Positions 1-9,726 of a stretch of DNA of 64,000 nucleotides are shown here, piece after piece. Every line of letters starts with the position of its first letter. Positions within the stretch are counted from its first letter, which is position 1. Both the position numbers and the translations under genes were made by a program. The stretch lies in the NCBI GenBank assembly GCA_029936315.1, contig JAPYTD010000004.1:43153-107152 (forward strand), read 5' to 3'. The DNA comes from Planctomycetota bacterium (GTDB taxonomy: Bacteria > Planctomycetota > UBA1135 > UBA2386). The notes under the pieces were generated by a model, which was not told the origin of the DNA, searched no databases, and saw nothing but the letters and a program-made list of their open reading frames with translations.

Positions 1-27
1 CTCGGGCCCCTTCTCTTGGGTCGCCCC

Positions 28-777
28 ATGAGTTCTCGTTCCGGATCCTGCATCGTCGTCGGCGCCTCGTCCGGCATTGGCCTCGCCATCGCTCGGCGAT
101 TGGCACATCTTGGCCGCAAGGTCGCACTGCTCGCCCGCCGCGAGGGCGAATTGATGGCGCAGGTGGCGTTGATCAACGAGGCCTTGTCATGCGAGGCTGC
201 GTTTGCCTATGTGCATGACGTGTCGGATGTGGACGCGGCCGAGGGGTTGTTCGCGAAGATCGAAACCGAACTCGGTCCGGTAGACGAACTGCACTACGTC
301 GCCGGAGTCATGCCGGACATCGAGCCTGATGAGTTCGACCTCGACAAGGATCGCCAGCAGGTCATCGTCAACATGCTCGGCTGCATTGCGTGGGGCAACG
401 CGGCGGCGCGTCGCTTTCTCGAACGCAAGGCCGGCACGATCGTCGGTGTGTCGTCGGTGGCGCAGGATCGCGGTCGCATCGGCCGGCCGGTCTACAACGC
501 GAGCAAGGCCGGCATGGATACGTACCTCGAAGCGCTGCGCAACCGCCTCTGGCGGCACGGCGTGCGTGTGACGACGATCCGTCCGGGATTCGTTGAGACG
601 CCGATGACGGCGGGCCTTCAGCTCAAGGGCGCGATCTCTGCCGATAGTGCTGCCGAACGGATCTTGAAGGCGACCGCCAAGCAGAAGGCGATCGTCTATG
701 TGCCGGGTAAGTGGCGCTTGATCATGACTGTGATCCGCACCATCCCTTCGTTTGTGTTTCGCAAGCTGTCGATCTGA
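28..777 (+). CDS. SDR family oxidoreductase, DprE2-like
   Basis: GASSGIG Rossmann motif, YNASK catalytic motif, RPGFVETPMT; adjacent to a DprE1-like gene. ATG at 28 chosen over TTG at 16. Confidence 0.85.
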   Translation: MSSRSGSCIVVGASSGIGLAIARRLAHLGRKVALLARREGELMAQVALINEALSCEAAFAYVHDVSDVDAAEGLFAKIETELGPVDELHYVAGVMPDIEPDEFDLDKDRQQVIVNMLGCIAWGNAAARRFLERKAGTIVGVSSVAQDRGRIGRPVYNASKAGMDTYLEALRNRLWRHGVRVTTIRPGFVETPMTAGLQLKGAISADSAAERILKATAKQKAIVYVPGKWRLIMTVIRTIPSFVFRKLSI

Positions 778-820
778 TTCGAAAGATTGCCAAGGCCACA
801 GCGTTGGTACGTAGCTCGCA

Positions 821-2275
821 ATGACGCCCACGACGCCCACCTCATCCTCAAGTCCGACGCCGTCCGTGCCGTTTCACGATGAAGCGGTCATGGGCTTTGG
901 CATGTCGGTAGGCGGGCAGGCCAAGGTCGCGCGGCCGACCACGGTCGAGCAGGTCGCGGATGTGTTTGCCGGCCTGCGGCGCGACGGTGGTTCGCTCGCG
1001 TTGCGTGGGGCAGGTTGCAGCTACGGCGATGCGTCGAACAACAACCACGGTCGCGTGCTCGATCTCACCGCGATGAATCGCATCCTGTCGTTTGATTCAC
1101 AAACCGGCATCGCCCAGTGCGAGCCAGGCGTGACGGTGCGGGACTTGTGGCGACGTTCGATCGCCAGTGGTTACTGGCCGCGTGTTGTCAGCGGCACGAT
1201 GGCCGTGTCGATGGGTGGCGCCGCGGCGATGAACATCCACGGCAAGAACAACTTCGCCTTGGGCTCGTTTGGCGAGTGCGTTCGTTCGTTCGAACTGATG
1301 ACGCCGGCTGGCGAGATCGTCAAGTGCTCGCGCGAGACCGAACCCGAATTGTTCCACGCCGCGATCAGTGGCTTTGGCATGCTCGGTTGCTTCACCAAAC
1401 TCGAGATCCAGACCAAGCGCGTGTACTCAGGTCGCCTGCGGGTCTACGGCATCGTCGCGCGCGACATCGAACACAACCTCGAGATCCTTGAGGACATGTG
1501 TGGCGAGGCCGATTACCTCGTGTCTTGGGTCGACCTGCAGGCGAAGGGCAAATCGCTCGGCCGCGGCTTGATGCATCGCGCCGATCAGATGAAGCCAGGC
1601 GAAGACCCGGATGGCTTGCGCTACTTCGACCCGTCGTTGCAGGATGTGCCGCCGAACCTGTTTGGCGTTGTGCCGAAGAGTTGGCTGTGGCCGGGCATGT
1701 GGTGCGCCGTGCACATGAAGCAGGTTGCGTTGGTCAACTGGCTGAAGTTCAGAGCCGGCTTCCGCGAGGAGCGCCACTCGCCGTATCTACAGACGCACGG
1801 TGCGTTCCATTTCCTGCTCGACTACGTGCCGCGCTGGCATTGGATGACCAAGCCGGGCGGCTTGATCCAGTTCCAACCGTTTATCCCGAAGAACGAAGGC
1901 GCGCGTGTCTTGCGCACGCTGATCGAGATGTGCCAAAAGAGTGGGCACGTTCCGTATCTCGGCGTGCTCAAGAAGCACAGGCCCGATCCGTTCTTGATGA
2001 CGCACGCGGTCGACGGCTACTCGATGGCGATGGATATCGCGGTCAGCAAGAACAAGAGCCGCCGCGAGTCGCTGTGGCGCCTGTGCCAGGAGATGGCGGA
2101 GGTCGTGCTCGCCGCCGGTGGTCGCTTCTACTACGCGAAGGATGCGGTGCTGCTTGAGTCGTCGTTCGCGCGCGTGCACGGCGACGAGACGACCAAGAAG
2201 TTCCGCGCATTGAAAGAGAAGTGGGATCCGCAGCGCATGCTGCAGACCGACCTGTCGCGTCGACTCGGCGTGTAG
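821..2275 (+). CDS. FAD-binding oxidoreductase, DprE1-like (decaprenylphosphoryl-ribose oxidase family)
   Basis: RGAGCSYGD, GGAAAMNIHGKN, GSFG and YYAKD motifs match the DprE1 family pattern. Confidence 0.85.
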   Translation: MTPTTPTSSSSPTPSVPFHDEAVMGFGMSVGGQAKVARPTTVEQVADVFAGLRRDGGSLALRGAGCSYGDASNNNHGRVLDLTAMNRILSFDSQTGIAQCEPGVTVRDLWRRSIASGYWPRVVSGTMAVSMGGAAAMNIHGKNNFALGSFGECVRSFELMTPAGEIVKCSRETEPELFHAAISGFGMLGCFTKLEIQTKRVYSGRLRVYGIVARDIEHNLEILEDMCGEADYLVSWVDLQAKGKSLGRGLMHRADQMKPGEDPDGLRYFDPSLQDVPPNLFGVVPKSWLWPGMWCAVHMKQVALVNWLKFRAGFREERHSPYLQTHGAFHFLLDYVPRWHWMTKPGGLIQFQPFIPKNEGARVLRTLIEMCQKSGHVPYLGVLKKHRPDPFLMTHAVDGYSMAMDIAVSKNKSRRESLWRLCQEMAEVVLAAGGRFYYAKDAVLLESSFARVHGDETTKKFRALKEKWDPQRMLQTDLSRRLGV

Positions 2276-2355
2276 AACGGGCTTGTGCCTCGGGCGAGGC
2301 GGTTGTGATGTTCGTTTGGCGAGGGCATGTCCATGCGCGCTATCGTAGGTGGACC

Positions 2356-3510
2356 ATGAAGGCCTTCTATGTTTCGGTGCTGTCAGTTTTGGCTGCCGTC
2401 TCGATTCCCGCCCAGCAACCCACGTTGTCTGAGGCGAAGTTCGACGAGTTGCGGGCGCTGCTGACGCCGGATCCGCAGACGATGTGGCGGCGCATTCCGT
2501 GGCGTGTCGAGTTGCTCGAGGCGCAGCGCGAAGCGGCCGCGCAGAACAAGCCGCTGTTCATCTGGGCGATGGATGGGCATCCACTCGGCTGCACTTGAAA
2601 CAACGGCGTGATCGATCGTGCATCGATCTTTGCCGACCAGCGCATGTTCGAGTTGTTGCGCACCAAGTTCATTCCTGTAGCGATCGATCAGGCTTACGAG
2701 CGCCGCCAGAAAGACGCCGAAGGTGAGTTCTATCGAAGTATCGCCTCGCAAGGTCCGCGCAAGAATTTCCAAGGCACGACCCAAGGCTTCTACGTCGCGA
2801 CGCCGGCGGGGGAGTTGCTGCTCTACAACAACAACCGCGATCCGGAGAAGGTGCTGCGCCTTACCAAGAAGGCGTCCGTGACGTTTGCTGCCAGCAAGAG
2901 TGCGAAGCGCGCAACCAAGCCCATCGCTTCTGGCAAGGTCGATGCGCGCTACAACCCCGTGCCGCCCGAAGGCGGTTTGGTGGTGCGGGTGCGCGCAAAG
3001 GTGTTGGGTGGATACGTTGCGACCAGCGACCGTTGGCGCAAGGCGATGCAGACGGCGTTGTCGCGCGACAACCTTTGGATCACGCAGAAGGAACACGCGG
3101 CGCTCGTTGCCGGCGAGCTACCCAAGAAGTTGATGCGACGGCTAACGCGTTTCCACCTCGTCGACAACACGCGCGGGGAGCCGCCGATGTGGCAGGACAA
3201 GGAAGTGCGCAAGATCGCATTCGAGCGTGATGGCAAGCGCATCCGCGGATCCGTTCTGCTCCGCACCGAGGATGGTAAGCGCGGCTACGTTGCGTCGATG
3301 CTCGGCTTCGTCGAGGTCGAGAAGGACGTGGTCACGCGCTTTGACCTGGTCGTCAACGGCGAGTTCTGGGGCGAAGGCCGCTACACGCGCAACGCACCGG
3401 CGGGGCGGTTTCCGTTCGCGGTGTCGCTTACTTTGGCGGACGGCAGTGATGTTGCGGATGCGATCCCGCCGCAGGCGTCACGTGGGTGGGTCGAAGGCTA
3501 CTTTCGCTGA
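2356..3510 (+). CDS. Exported thioredoxin-like selenoprotein candidate (C-T-U motif), 384 aa with TGA read-through
   Basis: ATG 2356 with signal peptide; ...KPLFIWAMDGHPLGCT-TGA(2596-2598)-NNGVIDRAS... continues in frame into track ORF 2608..3510; SECIS-like hairpin follows. Confidence 0.75.
2605..2634 (+). promoter_or_regulatory. Putative bacterial SECIS element
   Basis: GATCGAT(2610-16)/ATCGATC(2622-28) perfect 7-bp stem, loop CGTGC, lower GGC/GCC pairing; loop starts 18 nt after UGA. Confidence 0.65.
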
Positions 3511-3643
3511 GGGGTGCGACGACAGTGGTCGTGGCCTGATTGCATTGACCGAAGGCTTGGGCTCGGTGCAGTCTATTCGTGTTCTGCTGTTGAGGTGAGT
3601 TGCTGTAGCGTGAGCCATTGCTCAAGCCACAAGGCTCTCACGT

Positions 3644-4678
3644 ATGACCAAAGCAGCAGGACTGTCCCTAGGGCGGTTGACAATCGTCTTCGCCGGTTTC
3701 GTGATCATCGTTGCCGGCATGAAGGCGGCCGCGTCGATCGTCGTGCCACTGCTGTGTGCGCTGTTCCTGATGGTGTTGAGCCTGCCGGTCCTGCATTGGC
3801 TGCAACGACGCAAGCTGCCCGATGGCCTGGCGCTGTTGCTCGTGATCGGCGGCATAGTCATGACGGTCGTGCTCGTGCTGCTCGTGCTCGGATCGTCGTT
3901 CGCCGGCTTCCAGGATGATTGCGCTGGCTACGGCGAACGCCTGCAACAGGTCTATGGCGAAGCCAAGGAATGGCTGGGCGGCTACGTGGATGTCACGGAC
4001 AAGCTCGACAGTGCGATCGATCCACAGGTGCTCATGAGCTACGTCGGCAATGCCGTCGGGCAACTCGGCGGGCTGATGAGCAACGCCTTTGTCATCTTGT
4101 TGCTTGTCGCCTTCTTGCTCGCTGAGGCGAACAGCTTCGGCAAGAAGCTCGAGGCAGGATCGAAGGACCCTGCCGCAACCCGAGCGCGGCTGGAGGAGAT
4201 CGGCCGCGGCGTGACCAAGTACTTCTCGATCAAGACCGCCGTGAGCGGGCTGACTGGCGTGCTCGTCGGCATCGTGCTCGCGATTGCCGGTGTCGATTAC
4301 CCCGTGCTCTGGGGGTTCCTCGCGTTCTTGCTCAACTTCGTGCCGAGCATCGGTTCGATTCTGGCGGCCATCCCACCTGTGCTGCTCGCGATTGTGCAAC
4401 CGGAGTTGGGTGCGGGCACCGCCGTCGTCGTTGCGGTCTTCCTGCTCGCGATCAACCTCGTAGTTGGCACCGTGTTGGAGCCCCGCTTCATGGGACGCGG
4501 TCTCGATCTCTCGAGCCTCGTCGTGTTCTTGTCGCTGTTGTTTTGGGGCTGGGTGCTAGGGCCGGTCGGCATGCTGCTGTCGGTGCCATTGACCGCGACG
4601 GTGAAAATCATTCTCGAAGCGTTCGCCGAGGGGCGGCCAATCGCGCGCCTGCTGGGTTCGCACGTCGAACCGGCCTGA
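3644..4678 (+). CDS. AI-2E family transporter
   Basis: Multi-TM protein with LLNFVPSIGS, EPRFMGRGLDLS and GPVGMLLSVPLT motifs. Confidence 0.9.
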   Translation: MTKAAGLSLGRLTIVFAGFVIIVAGMKAAASIVVPLLCALFLMVLSLPVLHWLQRRKLPDGLALLLVIGGIVMTVVLVLLVLGSSFAGFQDDCAGYGERLQQVYGEAKEWLGGYVDVTDKLDSAIDPQVLMSYVGNAVGQLGGLMSNAFVILLLVAFLLAEANSFGKKLEAGSKDPAATRARLEEIGRGVTKYFSIKTAVSGLTGVLVGIVLAIAGVDYPVLWGFLAFLLNFVPSIGSILAAIPPVLLAIVQPELGAGTAVVVAVFLLAINLVVGTVLEPRFMGRGLDLSSLVVFLSLLFWGWVLGPVGMLLSVPLTATVKIILEAFAEGRPIARLLGSHVEPA

Positions 4679-4745
4679 TAAGGGGGGCTGGGCTCTCTCC
4701 CCAAGCCTCATTTGCACGTTCTAGGCCCTGTCTACCGCTCCGACC

Positions 4746-4774
4746 TTGTCGAAATGCTCCGTTCGGGCTATCCT
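4746..4774 (+). promoter_or_regulatory. Possible sigma70-type promoter upstream of the DEAD-box helicase
   Basis: TTGTCG-N17-TATCCT, about 310 nt upstream of the GTG at 5084. Confidence 0.35.
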
Positions 4775-5083
4775 GTTTGCGTCGGCAAGTGCCTGTATGG
4801 CATGGCCGTGCATCGAAACCCTCCATCCGGAACGGATTCCGGTCTCAAGTAGAGGCGACATTAGGTCGATGCCATTGCAGTTGTGCAGAAGCACAACACT
4901 TTGAGAGCTAGAGCCCTAGCGAGCCAGAAATGCGGCGGGTGGCGACCAGGTAGGTCGGCCCGTGCCATCGTGCATTGTTCAGTAAGAACGAGTAGCCGCA
5001 GGTAAGCAGAGTGGGGCACCCAAGATAACAACGAACGCGCAGCGCTTTGCCACTAACGGCGCCGCTGCCAAGAGAACAACTTA

Positions 5084-6310
5084 GTGAGTTTTGAATCCCT
5101 CGGACTGAACAAGTCCATCCTGCAGGGTGTGCGCGACGCCGGCTACGACAAGCCGACCGAGATCCAAGTGCATGCCATCCCCAAGATCCTTGCTGGCACT
5201 GAACTGATTGGCCTCGGCCAAACAGGTAGCGGCAAGACCGCAGCCTTCGGTTTGCCGATGCTGCATAACTTCACCGGTGGCGAACCCGGCCTTCGTGGCC
5301 TGATCATCGTGCCGACGCGCGAACTGTGTGTGCAAGTCGCCGAGAACCTGCGCGGCTATGCAAAGCACGCTGGCCTCAGCGTGTGCACCGCGTTCGGTGG
5401 CATTGACATTGCGATCCAAGAGTCCGCCTTCAAGCGCGGCCTGGATGTGTTGGTCGCTTGCCCCGGTCGATTGATCGATCACCTTGAGCGGCGCAACATC
5501 TCGCTTGAGAAGATCGAGATGGTCGTGCTCGACGAAGCGGACCGCATGCTCGACATGGGCTTCATGCCGCAGATTCGACGCGTGTTCCTTCGAATGCCAG
5601 ATGAGCGGCAGAACCTGCTGTTCTCAGCAACGCTGCCGAAGGAAGTTGAAGGCCTGGTCCACGACTTCCTGCCCAACGCTGAGCACGTGCAGATCGGTTC
5701 GCGCAGCCAATCGGTTAGCACGATTACGCATCGTTTCGCGGCGGTCCAAGTCGGTGACAAGCCCGACGCGCTCGAACGCCTGCTCCGTCGCGAGAGTGGC
5801 AAGGTGCTGGTGTTCTGCAACAAGAAGATCGGTTGCGAGAAGCTTGGCAGCATGCTGAAGCGCCGTGGCATGCCGGCGGATTCGATCCACGGCGACAAGA
5901 GTGCCGAAGCGCGGCACATGTGCCTTGGCGCGTTCTCGCGCGGCAAGACTCGCATCTTGATTGCCACCGACGTTGCCGGTCGCGGCATCGATGTCGACGA
6001 CGTTGCGTTGGTCGTCAACTACGACTTTCCGTTGGTGCTTGAGGACTACGTGCACCGCACCGGTCGCACCGGTCGCGCCGGCAAGACCGGTCGCGCGGTG
6101 TCGTTTGTTGCTCCCTCGGAGAAGCGTCTCTACGAAGCCGTCAAGGCGCACCTCGCCGGCAAGGAAGTGAAGAACGCGCCGGCCGCGCCGGGTCGCGGCT
6201 ACGGCATGCCGAAGGGTCGTGGTGATCGGAAGCCGCGTGGCCGCAGTGATGGTGGGCGACCTGCAGGTGGCAGGGGTCGTGGTCGCGCGACGGCTGGCGC
6301 GCCCTACTAG
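5084..6310 (+). CDS. DEAD/DEAH-box RNA helicase (RhlE-like)
   Basis: Q motif, GQTGSGKT, PTREL, DEAD, SAT, ATDVAGRG, HRTGRTGRAG; R/G-rich tail. Confidence 0.95.
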   Translation: MSFESLGLNKSILQGVRDAGYDKPTEIQVHAIPKILAGTELIGLGQTGSGKTAAFGLPMLHNFTGGEPGLRGLIIVPTRELCVQVAENLRGYAKHAGLSVCTAFGGIDIAIQESAFKRGLDVLVACPGRLIDHLERRNISLEKIEMVVLDEADRMLDMGFMPQIRRVFLRMPDERQNLLFSATLPKEVEGLVHDFLPNAEHVQIGSRSQSVSTITHRFAAVQVGDKPDALERLLRRESGKVLVFCNKKIGCEKLGSMLKRRGMPADSIHGDKSAEARHMCLGAFSRGKTRILIATDVAGRGIDVDDVALVVNYDFPLVLEDYVHRTGRTGRAGKTGRAVSFVAPSEKRLYEAVKAHLAGKEVKNAPAAPGRGYGMPKGRGDRKPRGRSDGGRPAGGRGRGRATAGAPY

Positions 6311-6365
6311 CCCACGATCATCGATCGCACGATTGCGAACGTTCACCGTGGTCTACGAGAACTAG

Positions 6366-6409
6366 CCGAAGAGGTTAGTTCTCGTCCCGGCACCGTATGA
6401 GCACCCTTG
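6366..6409 (-). repeat. Dispersed ~44-bp repeat, copy A
   Basis: Minus strand CAAGGGTGCTCATACGGTGCCGGGACGAGAACTAACCTCTTCGG; aligns by eye with copies at 23814, 29743, 49580 and 63737. Confidence 0.8.
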
Positions 6410-6441
6410 CGCGTCCATGATCGGCGCCATGCAAAGGGGTA

Positions 6442-6754
6442 TTGCAACGGGACTACGGTGCGTCAGGGGACCAGTTGCAGCGCATCGTCGCTTCGTGGCA
6501 AGGTCTTGAGCCGGCGACTGCCGCACAGGCACACCTGACACGCTTTGCCGCTTGCCGCGGACGAGAAGATCGCGCGCGAAGTTGGTGCGCGCAGGGTTTA
6601 CGACTCCTTGCGCCAGGGTGTCGACACGAGCAAGCCGGTCAAGCGCCGCAAGCTGCTGAAGCAGCTTGGGGCTTTTGCCAAGAACACCGAGTACGAAGGC
6701 ACCTATGCCGTCAAACTCGCCCTGATTGAATACAACCGGTTGGGCTTGCGCTGA
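6442..6754 (+). pseudogene. Possible 5'-truncated, frameshifted gene remnant
   Basis: Coding-like LQRDYGASGDQLQRIVASWQ...HLTR in one frame, then LPLAADEKIAREV...EYNRLGLR* in the next frame near 6544; no good start. Confidence 0.35.
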
Positions 6755-7513
6755 CTAGCCGAGGATCGCCTTGGCGGTCGCGGCTGGGTCACTCGCCTGC
6801 ACCAAAGAACGAAACACGTCGTCGAGGTGTTCGTGCGCACCCTTGCCCGCCTGTTCACGCAGCTCGGCTGCAGACCCACACGCGAGCAGCTTGCCCTTGT
6901 CGAGAACGGCGATGCGGTCGGCGGTGTTCTCGACGACGTCGAGCATGTGGCTGCAGTGCAGCACCGCACCGCCGCGCGCGGCGAACTCATGCATCAGCTG
7001 TTTGACGATCAGCGTGGTTGTGACGTCGAGGCCAGAGAGCGGCTCGTCAAACACCAACAGCTTCGGGTCGGTTAGCAGCGCGGCTGAGATCGAAACCTTC
7101 TGCAGCATGCCCTTGCTGAACGCGACCATCGGCTCGTCTTTGCGGTCGAGAATGTCGAAGCCGCGCAGGAACCGTTCGCCGCGGTCTGCGACCACTGCGT
7201 CGTCGAGATCGAACAATCTGCCCTTGAGCAGCAGGAACTCCCACGGCGTCAGGGTCTCGTGCAAGCGGGCGACTTCCGGCAAGTAACCGACCAGGCGGCG
7301 GGCCGACGCGTCCGTCAAGGCATCGGCGCCGTCGATCTGCACGGAGCCCTGGTCCGGTTTGAGCAGGCCGACCAGGCATTTCACGGTGGTCGTCTTGCCA
7401 GCGCCGTTTGGCCCGAGCAGCGCCAGGATTTCGCCCGAGGCGATGCTCAGGTCGAGCCCATCCAGAGCGACGAAATTGCCGTAGGTCTTGCGCAGGTTGG
7501 CGATTGCCAGCAT
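6755..7513 (-). CDS. ABC transporter ATP-binding protein
   Basis: GPNGAGKTT Walker A, FSKGMLQK signature, LVFDEP Walker B, H-loop CSH. Confidence 0.95.
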   Translation of the reverse strand: MLAIANLRKTYGNFVALDGLDLSIASGEILALLGPNGAGKTTTVKCLVGLLKPDQGSVQIDGADALTDASARRLVGYLPEVARLHETLTPWEFLLLKGRLFDLDDAVVADRGERFLRGFDILDRKDEPMVAFSKGMLQKVSISAALLTDPKLLVFDEPLSGLDVTTTLIVKQLMHEFAARGGAVLHCSHMLDVVENTADRIAVLDKGKLLACGSAAELREQAGKGAHEHLDDVFRSLVQASDPAATAKAILG

Positions 7514-7666
7514 GGGGCCATCTTGGCAGTAGGTTGGGCGAACGGCCAGTGTTGTGGTGGCTTCTCGGTGGGTGAGCGGGCTGCGGCAGGGATTTGTCAG
7601 AAGTTGTACTGGCGAACTTCCTTCCTGCTGAACCTGACCGGTTCGGGTATCGTTCGCCGCCCCAAC

Positions 7667-8380
7667 GTGCGTACTTCTTCGCTACTTGTGTCGATTGCCG
7701 TCCACGGAGCCGCGGTAGCAACCGTGGTCGGGTTCGGTGCGTACGCGCTGCAGAGCCAGCACCGGCCGTTGGCGCATCTTGAGATTCGGCACCAGCAGGC
7801 CAGCTCCCTGGCGCCCCAGCGCACGCTGCCAGATCCCGATGTCGTGCCGGAGCAGTTGGTTGAGCACGTCGTTGTGAACGACGTCCGAGTCGATGAGCAG
7901 ACGGATGAGCAGACGGATGAGTCGGCGGATGAGCAGGCGATTGCCTCGGCCACCGTCGATGACCGCATGTTGTCGCCATCCGAGGTGTTGCAGGGTGTCA
8001 CGCTTGAGCGGGTGAAGGTGCCTTCGCCGGTCGTGCCAGCCAAGTCGCACGAGCCGCAGCCGGCCCCGGCGGTCGTGCCGAAGCTCAGCGAACCGCAGGT
8101 GTTCATGCAGGCGCAACGTTCGGACAACGTCGAACCGGTCTACCCGGCGCGTGAGCGTCGTCAGATGCGCGAGGGACTGGTCGTCGTGCGCATTGTGGTT
8201 TCGACGGATGGTTCGGTCGAGCACGCGTCGCTGTTGACGCCGTCTCGCTACAAGGGCTTCAACCAGTCGGCTTTGGCTGCGGCGCGCAAGTGGACGTTCG
8301 CGCCGGCGACTCGAGGTGGGGTCGCGGTCAAGAGCGAGACCGACATCGAAGTCGAGTTTCGCCTGACGGACGATCGCTAG
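7667..8380 (+). CDS. TonB family energy transducer
   Basis: N-terminal TM SIAVHG, Pro/acidic linker, C-terminal PVYP..EG.VVV....G.V..A...AA..W.FAPA domain. GTG 7667 is the likely start. Confidence 0.85.
   Translation: MRTSSLLVSIAVHGAAVATVVGFGAYALQSQHRPLAHLEIRHQQASSLAPQRTLPDPDVVPEQLVEHVVVNDVRVDEQTDEQTDESADEQAIASATVDDRMLSPSEVLQGVTLERVKVPSPVVPAKSHEPQPAPAVVPKLSEPQVFMQAQRSDNVEPVYPARERRQMREGLVVVRIVVSTDGSVEHASLLTPSRYKGFNQSALAAARKWTFAPATRGGVAVKSETDIEVEFRLTDDR
7892..7939 (+). repeat. Four imperfect 12-bp tandem repeats inside the TonB linker (DEQT DEQT DESA DEQA)
   Basis: GATGAGCAGACG x2, GATGAGTCGGCG, GATGAGCAGGCG. Confidence 0.85.
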
Positions 8381-8426
8381 GTTCTCGGGTTAGCCGCCTA
8401 CAGGAACGGCCCTGCTCGAACGGCCG

Positions 8427-9641
8427 CTATTCGAACGGTACATTGAGTTCCGCGAGGATCGCATCGAGTCGTCCATACATGCGTTCCCAGCGCCATTCTT
8501 GCCGGACCCACTTCGCGGCGGCCAGACCATCGCGGCGGGCGACTTCCGGATCGGCAAACCACTTCGCGACGGCTTCGACGGTCGCGGCAACGCCGTCGGC
8601 GACGACCAACGAGTTTTGTGGGACATTACCGAGGCCTTGCGATGCCTGCGGTGAGGCAACCGTCGGCAAGGCCATGCTCATTGCTTCGAGCACTTTGTTT
8701 TGTACGCCGCGAGCGAGTCGTAACGGGGCAATCGCGACCGAAGCCTTGTCGAAGTATGGCGGCGTTGTCTCGACGCGGCCGGTGACGGTGATGCCGTCGA
8801 GCTCGCCGAGTGCTGTGACCGCCGCCGTTGGCTTGCTACCAACGATCAGCAACCGGGCATCCGGAAAGCGCTTGCGCAGCGTTGGCCAGCAGCTCTTGGC
8901 AAACCAGCAAACGCCGTCGATGTTCGGTTCGTAGTCCATCACGCCCGTGAAGATCGCAGTCTGCGGGTGGCGTTCGGCTTCGCTCTGCGACTGAAAGTGC
9001 TCGATGTCGACACCGTTTGGCAACACATCCGGCACGACACCAGGGATCAGCTCCAGGAACAATTTGCGTTCGACTTCACTGACGACGAACGACCGCGAAA
9101 ACGTGCGTGCCACTTCGGCTTCGAACGCGAGCAGTCGCTTGGCTTCGCGGCCGTAGATCCACTTGCCGAGCGGTCCACTGACCGTTGCGTACTGGCGCCA
9201 CTTGTCAGAATCGAGTTCGGCGAACTGCATGACCTTGGCTCCGGCCGCTGGCCGCATTGCGTATTGGGCCATCGAAGACGAGTACACGTAGACAAGATCA
9301 GGCGGAGTCTCGCACCAGCGGGTCACCGCCCGCTGCAATTCCGCGTTCCGGAAGAATGGCAGCGTCAGGGGCTCACCCGTAAGCAGTCCGCGCAAACTGG
9401 CCAACTTGGCGGTGCGGCGCGACAGCCTCGGGGCCACGACCTCGGCGCAGCGTTCGCGCAAGAAGGTGACTGCCTTGGCGTCGCGGTCCTCTTCCTGAAA
9501 GCAACCGATGCAAACTTCGGCACCTCGTGCCAGTAGGTGTTGCAAGAAGTGCCAGGTCGTAATGCGGTCGCCGCGGTCCGGTGGCCATGGCACTCGTTGG
9601 CACAAAAAGACGACTCGGGGTTTGGCTTGAGGGTTTCGCAC
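8427..9641 (-). CDS. GT4 glycosyltransferase (resembles the PEP-CTERM/exosortase-associated sugar transferase type)
   Basis: RVPWPPDRGDRI, ELDSDKWRQYA, FTGVMDYEPN, RGVQNKVLEAM. GTG 9641 is the inferred start. Confidence 0.85.
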   Translation of the reverse strand: MRNPQAKPRVVFLCQRVPWPPDRGDRITTWHFLQHLLARGAEVCIGCFQEEDRDAKAVTFLRERCAEVVAPRLSRRTAKLASLRGLLTGEPLTLPFFRNAELQRAVTRWCETPPDLVYVYSSSMAQYAMRPAAGAKVMQFAELDSDKWRQYATVSGPLGKWIYGREAKRLLAFEAEVARTFSRSFVVSEVERKLFLELIPGVVPDVLPNGVDIEHFQSQSEAERHPQTAIFTGVMDYEPNIDGVCWFAKSCWPTLRKRFPDARLLIVGSKPTAAVTALGELDGITVTGRVETTPPYFDKASVAIAPLRLARGVQNKVLEAMSMALPTVASPQASQGLGNVPQNSLVVADGVAATVEAVAKWFADPEVARRDGLAAAKWVRQEWRWERMYGRLDAILAELNVPFE

Positions 9642-9726
9642 GCGAGGTTGCTGGACGGAAGGTGTTCCCGGTAACAGCGTCAAGGTTGCGACTCGTGGCC
9701 CCCGATACAAGAGGCGGAGCGACTGT

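Noticed and set aside
4900-5083. tmRNA or other structured RNA suggested by ...GATAACAACGAA...TAA
   Set aside because: No tRNA-like ends and no ALAA-type tag (the peptide would end LCH).
6397-6450. Fourth Sec site: MSTLARP-TGA-SAPC with a TGCAA/TTGCA hairpin
   Set aside because: The spacing is UxxxC rather than UxxC, the ATG comes from the repeat element, the hairpin is weak and close, and the downstream frame is broken.
7892-7939. 12-bp tandem repeat as a phase-variation or mobile feature
   Set aside because: In-frame, and simply lengthens the TonB periplasmic linker.
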